From the NCBI GenBank assembly GCA_002633005.1, contig NMRA01000020.1, positions 702,803 through 766,802 of the forward strand: 64,000 bases of DNA, read 5' to 3'. The stretch's first letter is position 1. Every line of letters begins with the position of its first letter. This document shows, in pieces, positions 50,849 through 63,264 of this stretch. Under the pieces are notes generated by a model. It had not been told where the DNA came from, did not search any database, and saw only the letters and a program-made list of their open reading frames with translations. This DNA is from Phoronis australis. Taxonomy: Eukaryota > Animalia > Phoronida. Both the position numbers and the translations under genes were made by a program.

Positions 50849-51181
50849 TTACCAACTCAAGCTAAACTCGATCATCACCCGCAAATTGCTGTTCAGAATG
50901 GTGTCAAATTCAGAACTGAATTCTGGGACTCTATTATACACTTGAAATACATGGAGCAAATTTGTTTTGGCAATAGGTCGTCTGCGGAAATCGGAAAGCT
51001 CACAGTAGGTTGTAATCTCAGCAATCATAAGATCAGAGCCAGTGTAAAACCTTAAAAACACAACCAATCCCTTTGTATAGCGCTTCAAGCAGCCAGCTGT
51101 AACCTCTTTCTCGTCATATATTCCGTTTTCAAATTTGCGATTTAAGAATCTCCATAATATTATTTGCATACGATCGCTCAT
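50849..51181 (-). pseudogene. HECT-domain C-lobe relic (G2E3-like)
   Basis: FLRFYTGSD..RRPIAKT..LHV..Y..EFSSEFDTIL; no catalytic Cys where AHTC is expected. Confidence 0.55.
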
Positions 51182-53339
51182 GGTGCTCCTGAGGGGCCGT
51201 GCACGTCATCGATCACCCACATTTACATGCTGTCAAAAATAAGACACGCAATTTCAATGAAAACGCCATTTTTAATTCAGTAAAATTCATCTGTCATTTC
51301 TCTCTCTTGTAAATCATCGGTCTCCAGTTTAAAGGCGGGTAACTTGTCGTCGGGATCCTTTGACGTGGGCATTATACTCAGTAACCAGTGGTAACTTACT
51401 TTAGCAAACGATATTGTCAGGGTGGAAGCTTAGCACGACTGATGTGCAGTAAGCTAGACCAGTTGCTTATAACTTATTTTATAGATTCACTTTATTTCTA
51501 TTTTGTTTAAGTTTTCAGTTGGTTTCTGCAAAAGCATTATTTTAACAAGAAAAACTCGGCGTTTCTTAAAAGGCCACGACATCCGACCACGGGCCTCTGA
51601 CATAGAAAGTAGTTACAAAGCCGAGGCGAATCGAGAAAGGTAGATCGATTTATTGCAATGTTTATCGGTCAGTATGTGGTATAAATAGAATATTACATTT
51701 TCTCAGTCGTTACCCCCCTTATCTAGAGCCTTCGTGGATTTTGTCACCCGAGGGCTCTAGATTACGAGTGCACCCGATCCATAAGCCTTAACGCGGTTTT
51801 AGCTGTAACTGAAAGGGTTGCCGTACGGTCCTTTACCCCTGCGCGTGCTATAAATTTATAGCATGTGCTTTACCGCCAAAACCTTCAAGTTAAACGGTGA
51901 ACTCTCATGAGTCACAGTGGGATTTGTGAAGGAAACGTGATTTTGCGTTACTCTCGGTATGACGTCTAAAGCATGTTTTCAAAGGAGCCGAGATGCACGA
52001 TGCACGCACACCTGTTGCGGCTACAAGTAAACGAGCAAAGGCGAGTTGTTTTGTCCTGTTAATTTCAATCGTCAACATTACTACACAATACATTACAGTC
52101 CTTCAAGCAGTTCTCTGTAATTTATATTCCATGATCAAATGTGCTCTTAGTTTTAGGCAAACTAGCAGTCGGTGATATTGATCGAACGTCCGGCATTTTG
52201 ACACACATACATCAAAACTTCCCAGATCAGGGCATTACGGCATTTTCCCATTGCTCCCTACTTTTTCGATTCTATAGCCCAACAAAAAATTGGGAAGAAC
52301 ACCCCTATAGCCAATATCTTACACGACTGATTAACTCCTTTCTGGCATTTAGGGTTGTAGGGCCCGCTCTCTTTTGTTCGATAATTGCTCTAATCTCCAG
52401 TAAAATCGTATCGTTCCTGACTGGGCTATGCTGGTAAAAATAAAAATAATAAAAGTTAAGTTATAACATATTTGAACATAAACCAATAGCATTTCTGAAG
52501 TCCTCGTCAAATGGTGACCATGTTTAGTTTTTGAATTGCCAAAATAGCTCAACTACAACCGAAGTTACGACAATATATTCTTTCCGAATGTGCCAATTCG
52601 CTCTGGGTTTGACTTTGTTCACACGTGGTCTGTAAAAAGCCTGGTAGATAATTGGCCTGCCTATTGTCATACCAGACAAAAGACCCTGCTCGGCACTTAA
52701 CAAAGAAGCTAGATGTTATCAGACGATCACAACCCTCTACGTCTGGTAAAGTCACTGAACGGCAAAACGCCCTCACTCATCTAAGAAGAAAGGTGCCTGT
52801 GCCTTCTAAGAGGGGAATATTTCGGGTTTAGGTCGGGAAAATTTTACGACCTTCCGATCGCCATTTTGTCCACGTACAAAAGGTGTGACCTTGCCAGCCA
52901 AGTTTCACGCGACATGTAAATTGACCTAAATGTGACATAAAATTTACATGTGCAGAGATGCGATCAAAAGAGAAATGGCTCAGTGCCCGATTTTCAGATA
53001 CCGAAGGACCTATTTAGAAAGAAATGACGACCGCGGGAACATTTGTTTGAGTTGTTGAAAGGATTGAAGACTCAAACTACCTCCAAATATGTCCATCTAA
53101 ATCTGAGGTTATTTAACTTCGATAATTTGGCCAGAGTTTAGGATAATTCGAACGGTAGTGTGTGGAGGCATTTACTCAGGTATTCCGCGGTATGATTTTT
53201 TGAATATGATCTTTGGTTTCCAAATGCCTACATTCATAGTTGTCAGTGGCGCCTGAACCATTCATTGTCCAGACTAACATCGGCTGTAATATTTACAACG
53301 AAAATAATCACGACAATGACAAAAATAAAAGAGTCAAAA

Positions 53340-53440
53340 GATGATTATGACGATGACGACGATGATGTCGATGGTGATAATGACGATGACTATGGTGATA
53401 GCGATGACGACGATGATGATGGTAAGAGTGGCGATGGTGC
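53340..53440. repeat. (GAT/GAC)n microsatellite
   Basis: Direct inspection. Confidence 0.8.
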
Positions 53441-53632
53441 GGGGTTTGTGATGTGGGCGATGGCAATGGTGATGTTGCTGCAGATGGTTTTACGCTACTC
53501 GAAATCTATAGTGCGTTGTTGTAAAGATCACGTAAAGCTGCGTGGCGGCCTTGGCAGAACGCCACGACTTAGCCTATCAATTGCAAGTTCGCCAGTGTTG
53601 TCATAGGGTGCCTCCCGGGTCTCGTCGCAAAC

Positions 53633-53662
53633 ATGAGTGTTTTGTTAGCTGTTGTGTTGTCG
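53633..53662 (+). CDS. Gene B (paralog of gene A) coding exon 1 (start of signal peptide)
   Basis: aaacATG AGT GTT TTG TTA GCT GTT GTG TTG TCG|gtaagt = MSVLLAVVLS; 30 nt, phase 0. Confidence 0.82.
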
Positions 53663-56257
53663 GTAAGTATTTACTACCAGGTGTATGCCTAATTTAACTC
53701 AACAATTTACGTGTCATTTTAGCTATTAACTCCACGCAACAAATCAAATCGCATTTCCGAGTGAAAATGTACTTTTTAACGTTAGTGCTTTTTCAAAGCA
53801 AACATAGTACTTACTTTTAGATATCATTTTTGTAATTTCTAGACGTGACGGAACATAAAAGCCTCAACAAAATGATATTTAACTTTACTTGAATGCATAA
53901 ACAAACTGCGTTGGAGTTTACGAATGTGCCCAATTTCTCGTAATAATTAACTGAGTCTACGCTTGAACAAAGTTAACCATATGGACTGGTCCTAAAACCG
54001 ATGAATTTGTTTCAGCTAGTTTGAAATTTTTATTTTGGTTCGACAAAGTGATGGCTCACGTTACTCCAAAGCGCCTGACCATTGTAAAATCGAAAGAAAC
54101 GTTCACCAAATGATTTCATTAATAAAGGTAACACATAATCGCTATGAGTGTTTATGCTAAAAATTAATAATTTGCACAAAAAACTGCGTACACTGGATTT
54201 TCGTTANCAATTTCCGACCGGTCGGCCAAAAATTCGTGATGTGTGCTGTAACTGAGTCTACGCTTGAACAAAGTTAACCATATGGACTGGTCCTAAAACC
54301 GATGAATTTGTTTCAGCTAGTTTGAAATTTTTATTTTGGTTCGACAAAGTGATGGCTCACGTTACTCCAAAGCGCCTGACCATTGTAAAATCGAAAGAAA
54401 CGTTCACCAAATGATTTCATTAATAAAGGTAACACATAATCGCTATGAGTGTTTATGCTAAAAATTAATAATTTGCACAAAAAACTGCGTACACTGGATT
54501 TTCGTTAAACAAAATTGACAATTATTTTGTGTTCTTGAGTTGTCATAATTGATGAGATACTCTCACGAGTTAGAATTTTTGCCCTACTTTCTTCGTGTTC
54601 TCGTGTTTTCAGCAGAATTGAACAGATCGAGTTATTTGTGTTCTTGTGTGAAACGCGCGTAAACACAGCATAATCCAAAAATATTCAGGCCAAATGATTC
54701 GGTAATACCCTTCATGACGACTCGGCAAAGCCAAATTCATTGTCAGAGTAGTCTCCCCTGATGACTGAGAATGAAGGGAATTAACAGTATGGTCATAAAC
54801 TTGGCTAAGCCATTCTGTAATCAAAATTTTGTATCCCTAACGATTATTACCAGTCATGACAGTGAAACGGTATTTTGTCGGTCGAAATTACACGTCCTGT
54901 TAATAGCATAAGCAAGAGCCTCTTGAACAAGTGTTAAATTTGATGTGTTTGCTCGATATATTCTTAGCGTTTTTCAACCAATTACTTATCTTAAGTCACC
55001 AGCTGGGGACACAAAATTAAGGGTAATGAACTATGTTTTGGCAAATTTACGAATACTGACAAGAGCTTATCAGTGAATCTCAGAAACAAAGTACTGTAAT
55101 ACACGATCCTAAAAATGATGGAAAGAAATTTAGAAGTTCATTGCACTTACTTTGAAATGGGCAAGCGTGATTTTAATCATTAAAACGCTTCCGGCCAGTT
55201 TATCGACGTTCGTGGGAAAGACTCACTCCTCCACTAACAAAGGGTCTACATTGTGACTCGTCGAGAATCGTGTTATAGCATTTAATGTCTCAGGAACTCA
55301 CTGGTGTTGCTGTTCCGCTACACCGCTACCACTGGATTGTTTCTGCTTCAACGACAACGTATGCCGTCAACATGACAATATGTCAGTGAAACCGACATAT
55401 ATATTTTCGCCTGCCATTACGTTGAAAGGTAGTCTGGTTACCATGGATTTTGGCAAGTACGCGAATCCAGAGTCAAAGTATTCCCAGGAAATTGTAAGGA
55501 AACAAGGTTGTAGCAAGTTGAATAACGGAAAGATACGGGAAATGGTTGGTGAGGATGGTGCCAATCTCGTTTGCGGACCCGTTCATTTTGCAAACATTTT
55601 CATTTGGGATAGTAAGGACGTGTTTTATTCCTTCCAATTTCCAGTAGCTCGATCCCTTTAATCTCTGAACCAGCATTCCGTCCCCTTAAAACATCCCGTG
55701 AGTCTACCGAGAGAGTTTCTCGGAAGAGTTGAATTTGCTCATGACTTCACCTAGGCCTACACGCAGAATGGCGCAGGTTTGCATGTACACAGCCAAGTAA
55801 TTTCGTTACTAGTGGATGCTTTAGGACAAGGCAGTATGTGCCACCAAAATGTGACAACATACTGCATTCGAAGTATATATGTACAGGTATGACAATAAAT
55901 GTCACTATTACAGGATTTGGACACATTTTGAAGTTACAGAGTCAATGCCCGAAGTCAATGTTCCTCTATATAGACCGATCTTAACTTCATATTGACCTTT
56001 GCAATGGTAACGCAGTTTGGAGTAATGCGGAACTCATATTCGAGTCCTCCAGGCTGCGACATATGTTGACACACTCGATATATATGGTCGTCCGAGTTAC
56101 AATTTGTGTCGATAATAACTGTGCATGTTGTTGCACTTGACATAGGGCCTGTATGCATATTATCGCGCGGGCGACAGTATGTGTCGAGATCGACAATACC
56201 TTCTGTTTCCATAACTAAATTCGCCCTGGAATACATCTAGTTATGTATTTTTATCAG

Positions 56258-56439
56258 GTTTCTTTGATTGCCAGTGTTGGGGCAAATGGCGTAATCGTAG
56301 AAGTGCGCAACGTCATTTGGAAATACGATCCTAGTCCACAGAATGTTTCTGCCGGAGATATTGTAGACGTCAATCCAACGATTGATTTGGAGTTGAACAA
56401 CACAAATGCAGAGCCAGTCGAAATCTGGGTATCGTGCAT
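56258..56439 (+). CDS. Gene B coding exon 2
   Basis: Acceptor tttttatcag|GTT, donor AT|gtaagt, 182 nt (phase 0 to 2). VSLIASVGANGVIVEVRNVIWKYDPSPQNVSAGDIVDVNPTIDLELNNTNAEPVEIWVSC. Confidence 0.88.
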
Positions 56440-57762
56440 GTAAGTAAAGAATAAAGGTACTGCACTTTTTGACTTGATGGTGAGTATCTCAGTTCGTCGG
56501 AGTTATATATTGCTGAGTCTATGGAAATTTGATAAGTGCAATGCGAGACTCGTGAATATGCTCTTCCATTATGAACACAACTCACTGGCCTGTAAACTCA
56601 TTGACTATCTCACAATATATCCTATCTACATTCTTAAAACACCGATTACGCAGTCATATCAACAAAAATGCGTGGATAAGTAAGAAGGAGTTGAGTTGGT
56701 GAGCCGTGTTTACGTGTGCCAGAACCGTGTGTGAAGTCTGTGAGCCGTCTTCTATGGTGGACGTTAGCTATGTTTCATTTGATCTGGGTGCAGAAGCCGT
56801 GTTTTGTGTGGATCCAAGCTCAACTAAAGTACCTGGTTCCAATGAGTTACTTTAAATCAAACACTTGAAGATATATATGATGTTAAGTTATATGTAACAT
56901 GTTGTAATATTGTCCCATTGTCTGTTTTCAAACTGCAAGCCTTTGTGAAAACAATTTTGTACCTCCCTCGACCCGGAACCCTTCAGGTACATGCATTTTG
57001 GTAGACTCAACTTATCCTTCGGAGGTATTTCATATCTGCGCGTGTGCAAACTTCAGTCAGACTAGAAAGTCATTCAGTGTCAAAGTGGAGAGTGCCAGCA
57101 TATTCGCCACTATATTCGTGTGGCAGCACGCTAAAACGTAAAATAACATAACAGCAGGAACTAGACCACCGATTAAGGATGACACCAAGCACGTCTTTTG
57201 TAACTTGACAGGTGAAAAGTAATAATTTTTAACTATACTTCTACTGACCAAACCTCTTTGCTGTTCTAATTGAAGTTCGAACATGCGCAGACATGAAACA
57301 CTTCCGTTAGATAATTTGAGATTATGAAAATACCCTAGGTCTTCCGGATGGCTGCGACTACAATAAATAAATCCTCGGCTATCCTATTCCCGTGACATTG
57401 TTCATCATTTCAGGAACGATTCCTGCGTGCCGGCCATGTTGGTCCTTATACGTACATGTATTGATACCACCTGTGTGTCACACCAATGTTATTTTGAATG
57501 GTTGTTTTTGATTGACATTTTGGTTATTGACATACACATTTAGTTGTCAAAATATATAGCCGTTTGTTTACAAGCGAACCGAAGTATCTAATAAAATTCT
57601 AAGTTGAATTCGTGAATACGTCACACTTTCCGGAGTCAGTACTACAAAATTGTGCTAAATGACCGACAACACTAACAAATTACAGGAAACAGCTTATTAT
57701 TTAAAATGACTTATTCACATTAAAATGACATTGTCAAAAATTGAATTTCGGGTGTTAAAAGC

Positions 57763-57955
57763 GGGGCTCACCTATATTAATATAGAGCGGCCCGCCGAAA
57801 GGCGGCCGGAGCGCGGAGCTCACCTATATTAATAGAGAGGTTCTCGCCGAAAGGCGGCTGGAGAGAGGGGCCCTATTATACTAATATGGGCGGGCTACGC
57901 TGTCAGGCCGTCATCCGGCAAGGCCACCTATATTAATATGAGTGACGCCGCCCGA
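57763..57955. repeat. Four ~52-bp units: CACCTATATTAATA + GC-rich segment (hairpin CGCC-GAAA-GGCG in units 1-2)
   Basis: Anchors at 57769, 57821, ~57871 and 57925. Confidence 0.75.
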
Positions 57956-58693
57956 CGAGCGAGATCAGTAAGTGTATTTCTTATATCGTCCTATATAAAA
58001 CCAGGATCAAAATATATAGAGGAAACTGTCCGTAAAATTTATTATATTACTCATTTTGATTTCGCACAAAAGTAGAACCGGAAATGTGAAGGGCAATTTT
58101 GAGTTCGATTTCGCCAGATCTCGCTGATCACAAGATATTTACATTCTTTTGGTTTTGGACGTAGTCAAGTAAAATTTAAATGCCAAAATCAAAAAATAAC
58201 AGGCCAAGTTTGGGTACTACTGTAAATTACTTAGCGATAATTATTACCTGGCTATAGAACCGGACAATTTTAATGTTTCGGAAATCCCCAGGAGCATACA
58301 ATGAGTGCATCTGTTATCGACACACACTGATTAATCGAAACTAATAATTTTATAAAAGGTGCTGAATTTCCCCCGTGGTTACCTGAATCCAGTTCCTGAA
58401 AAATAGTCGAAAATGTGCTGCAACTGTGCATTTCTATTCCTATTTGTGAGTCCAAAACGCGTCATACTAGTGGCAGATACGTCATCACTAAACATCCGAA
58501 TACGCCGCGTACTGTATTCACTTATAGGCAGAAGAGTCTACATGTATTCCCGTTGCCTAGACTTCTAACCGCGAGTGTCTCGCGCGTAACGAGCGTCACG
58601 GACAACGTGCCATGACCGTCCGTAAATATTCGTGAATGAATGGTTGTGGAGCAGATATTTACATATGTTCTGCAACATAACTTCCTTTGCCAG

Positions 58694-59140
58694 ACATCGA
58701 ATCTTCTCAGTTGATACTTTTAGAATGAAGAGTCATCGAAACTGGGTGAGATCTCATGCTAAAGCACAAGTAGTTATACCAGCGAAAACGGATAAAGCTT
58801 TCCAACTCAATGATTGCCACCTCTTGATACACACGCTGAAGAGGGGCGACTACGATATCTGGATGCACATACACGTTAGAAAATCAGCTCATGAGGGCAA
58901 CGACTGGGTCAAGGAGCACTTGAGCACTACTTCAAAATCTACCTCCTTCAAGGTTTCAAAAGGCAATTTCAGAACCCTGTGCAATCAACCAGCCGGCCCC
59001 AAAAGTGATATCTACATTATGCCGAGTCTGACTGGGCCTTCAAAGACGTTAGTTGGGATAGTCAATGTGTTCACGATCCATGAAAATTTTACATTCTGGA
59101 ATACATACGACCACGAGCTGATGATTCCATACCGATACAG
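58694..59140 (+). CDS. Gene B coding exon 3 (equivalent to gene A exons 3+4)
   Basis: Acceptor cttcctttgccag|A, donor AG|gtcagt, 447 nt (phase 2 to 2), inside ORF 58632-59177. Confidence 0.88.
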
Positions 59141-60422
59141 GTCAGTTTATCAAAATGCTTACTGTAACATTTCATGACTATCTGTTTGAACAAATACCAC
59201 AGCTGTTATTCTTTGGTTTGTTTTATAACTGTTTTTAGAATAGTTTGTTTTTCTGATAAGCCCGCTCGATAGAATTTGCCGATACACTACCTACTCCTCT
59301 TGGTGACCATGGCTAGTTCCAATGAATTCTACCTGAATAGCTTTTTACAGTCGAAAATGACGGACTGTCATTCTCTTTTCTGAGGCGTGTACACGTGTAA
59401 AAATATAGCATTCATCTTGAAATATATAAGTTATTGACAACCCTCAACCAAAAAATAAAAAATGAGCCTTGGAGTAGATGCAGATTAACCATTTACCAGC
59501 TTGTGTCGTTCTCGTGTTCACGTGATAATGCATTTTTTGAAACATGTCAGGTAATGTAAGTATTGAAATATGTAAATCTTGTATACATGTACCGACATCG
59601 GGAAATTTTAAATCTGGTCGTCACGTCTCCCGTTGGCCACGTCACGTGAGACGTGACCTAATGAACGTAAGTCTGAAAAAACTCCTGCCCCGATCGAGAC
59701 TCGAACCCTAGACCTTCTGCTAACAGTGCACGGCTAGCAGAACATCGCGGGTTCGAGACACGACACTTAAAAAATGTAAAATCTGAAAAACATTTTTGTT
59801 ATTGAGATAGCGTGCAGTCTGAAATTCAATCACGGTTAAACTCGATGGACCCTGTCTCAATACATATCCTTTTCCGAAGGTTGGAATTGTGCTCGAAAAT
59901 CAATCGTTCAAAAACCCAATTTAATGTCAAATGTCGAACACTCGCCGTTTCTTTTTCGATTTATGTTCCAAACTACGATTGCTGGTCATGACAGTCACTT
60001 TGATGTATTCAAGTTTCCTTCTTTGGTTTGAATTTGCAAAACAGCCCCATACCAAAAGCGGTAAGAACATGACTAATTAGCATAATTTATCATTGAAACT
60101 GCACACTTTTAGGGGTTTTGTAAAAGGATAGTACACCATGTTTTTGCGATTTTAATTGTTAAAACGGGTAGTGACTACAACTTAGCACCTAAATCTTTGT
60201 AACAAAATATTTCTCCTTAATTCCCGTGGTCTCTCGAGTTAGGCCTAAACATGAAAGACGCTTCGGGCTAGATTGTTGACGGTTGTGGGCAAAGACAGCC
60301 ACTTTGAATAACAAAGAATCAACTTTGTGGCACAAAAGGAAATTGGTGATCTTGTAATAGCCCAACGTGAAATCTGTTTTCCATGAAATCACCAAAACAA
60401 ATATTCATTTATGAAGGTTTAA

Positions 60423-60630
60423 GGCCAGCGCAGACGGAGAGTTAACAGCTCATCTGGCTGTTTCAAGTGAAACTTAATTGAACTGTCAGCTCCTATCAAG
60501 GCTTGATGAATGAAATAACTCGTAGTTCTTTAAGTTGTGGTTGGTCGTGCTTTCACGCCTTGTGAGCTCTCAGCTCAGTTAACTTTCAATTGTACAGCCA
60601 ACTGAACTCCCATCGCTGTCTGCGCTTCGC
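60423..60630. mobile_element. PIF/Harbinger-like MITE
   Basis: TAA followed by GGCCAGCGCAGAC ... GTCTGCGCT inverted ends; degenerate. Confidence 0.4.
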
Positions 60631-60897
60631 TGCGTACGCTTGCCTCCCCTCACCGTGTATACGTGTATCTATTGTGCCTTGCCGAATGCAATTTTTTTCA
60701 CTTTGTTGCAACTTCAAATGGAAAAGCAGTTAAGATCATTGGTGACACCCTCAACTGCAGAGATAATTTGTAATGGATAAGTCAGTGGGCGACTGTCATA
60801 AATATAACACCTGCAGTCGCTAATAGTTTTTCAGCTGATATCGCCTGTCTGTTGGAAAGTGTCAAATATATAGGTTATTTAAACATTGTGCTTACAG

Positions 60898-61111
60898 GGT
60901 AAAAGACCAGGCTAAACACGGAATCGAGGGCGACTTCGAGATCATCATTCCAGCCAAATGTCACGGTCGTCTCCATTGGTCGAAAAATCTCCTGTATACC
61001 TACTATCAAGCGCGACCGTATGAAGTTTTCGGGTGGGCCGCTGCCTGTTTGCCTTATAAGTATAAGTCTGTTTGTAAGAAGTTCCATCACCGGGTCGATG
61101 ATGCGCAATAG
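60898..61111 (+). CDS. Gene B coding exon 4 (last)
   Basis: Acceptor gtgcttacag|G, phase 2. VKDQAKHGIEGDFEIIIPAKCHGRLHWSKNLLYTYYQARPYEVFGWAAACLPYKYKSVCKKFHHRVDDAQ*. Confidence 0.88.
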
Positions 61112-63264
61112 AAGAAAGAAAATCGTTCATAGAAGTTCCATTGCCAACACAGAAACCTTGTTTATTGAAACACAGGCCCTCTTATCAGCCGCCTGACAGG
61201 ATACTATTATTGAGAAAGGTGAACAACTGCTATCCAATATGGTCGCCCTCTAGGCACTTCCAGAACAACTCAAAGCATGTCAATTAACATTAATTTATGC
61301 CATCTCTGACTACAACACGTTAATTTGTTACATTCTTTGACATTGACACCAACAAATAACATTTGTACCTCCAGATTTTCCTATGTCAAATAGACAACAT
61401 TCAGGGCAAATTGTCTTGGCAGACTTTCTTCATTAACGTCAACCAATGCGCATTCTCATTAGGCCACTCCCAACATCACCAAAACGTTTACATCAACTAA
61501 AGACAACAAAAGTTACAGTAGAGACAGAGAACTCCAGGAGCACGCTGATAGGGTACAAACAAAATAGGCCAACTTTTCCAGGGACTTCCGAATTTCCGCA
61601 CTATTCTAAAACTCATACTCTACCTGCGGAAGTTGCAAGGTCCAAGTGAATCAAATTATACCACAATTTATTGGTAAGGAAAAGTCACATGATCAAAGAC
61701 GTCAGTGGTACATGTAAAACATCAGTATGTTCAACACAAGTCTCTTTTTGCCCAAAGCAATTTTCAAAACGACTTTTGCCAAAAGGCAGTTGTGGTCTGT
61801 GAGAAACGACGTCTATAGAGTTTTCATTACACCTACTGACCTAGTTTTTACTTGTATCAGCCATGTTTGGAAACGAGGTCAATCGCCAGCGTCATAATGG
61901 GATTTCGTAAGGGGAAGCGGAGTTTTTGGAACTGCCTTGAACAGAGCAAAAGTGTTTATTTATTAATCCGGGTATGCTTCATAACAACAGTGGATATGGA
62001 ATATTCCAAATTTCTCTTAAAACTGTTGCTTGCCAAAATTTCGAGCAAAGCCACCACAAAGTATCGTTTCTGGCTGAAAACGGCTTGAGCGCAGAAAGTA
62101 TGAAATTCATGAGCATTCAGGCGTTTGTGTGATAAAGGACCCACTTCGTCAATAAATACGCAATGGTAATAGATTGCCTTGTATATTAGTCAGGTCGTTC
62201 TATTAACTTGACATGTTTGTGTTTTCTTCAGTATACTTATTTTATCTGTGATTAAAATAGTGATGGAACAATAGGTTAGTTTTATTTTTCACGAAGTGTT
62301 GTTTTAAGCGTTTTGCTGGGGCACTCTGTAATCACTCTGTTACCCGTAAGAAGATAAACAGTGATTGACAGGTACTTTTTAAGTGCGGAATTCCGAGCCA
62401 CACTAATTCTTTGAGATACAGAAGTTACGTAATCGTTTCACTGTCCCGCTGATGTGATTTCGGCAGTTTGTAACGCATGCACAATCTCCCATTAGGTTAA
62501 CAGTTATCGTACACTTGAAACAGATATAAACATTACAACTAAGAAATAAAACAAGAAACATCGGGCTGACGGCGGACCAGAAATACCATCTAAGCGCAAG
62601 TCTCCGTGATGCCCAACCGCAGCAGGACTAGGGCGGAAAATCGCAAGAAGATCCGTTTATTCTTTGAAATTAGTAAATCAGTCGTCCAATAGTTATCCAA
62701 ATTTGCTACTCTACTTTCAACTCCTGATTTAGCTACAAAACCATGTGACACATCCTCGAGGACACATTCCTAAGTCAACGTACATGTATGCCGTGTACTA
62801 TTCCCTTTCATAGATCTCAGAACGTGAGCTTTTCACTGGCAGTTTTATCAAATAAAACGTGACACGTGAATTTCATTGGCAAAAACATTAACTCTTGAAT
62901 CTTCCACAACTGCTGAAAAATCGCCTTGCTTTGGTGCCCAGTAGTCATCTCCTCGAGGAAATTACATGCCATGCGACACTGCATGACAAACGAAATGAAA
63001 ATGGTCGGGTCGACAAGCAAGTCGCCAATTGTGAACTTATCCACTAAGCTTTACTCAGTTTCCCTGCCGTAAGATTCTAACCTTGTTCCAGTTGTTGCCG
63101 CCACGCGAGAGTGTGTATTTTTCCTTCTTGGTCATTTTGCGTGTATGTTGTGTTTTCAAAGAGGTACGTGATTTTGGCTAGATTTTTCTCGTCGCGAATG
63201 AGCTAGTGAACTCTACCCTAGGATGCCTACTACCGGTACCACACGAACAACAAAATCCTATGTC

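Noticed and set aside
53265-53606. 113-aa Asp-rich ORF upstream of gene B
   Set aside because: TTG start; the open frame is explained by a (GAT/GAC)n microsatellite.
53949-54507. ~260-bp exact direct repeat in gene B intron 1
   Set aside because: The first copy ends at a single N (54207); assembly-join artefact likely.
60875-61108. 77-aa minus-strand ORF
   Set aside because: Antisense shadow of the gene B last exon. The many short ORFs overlapping the PDE, Gypsy and LINE frames are rejected for the same reason.
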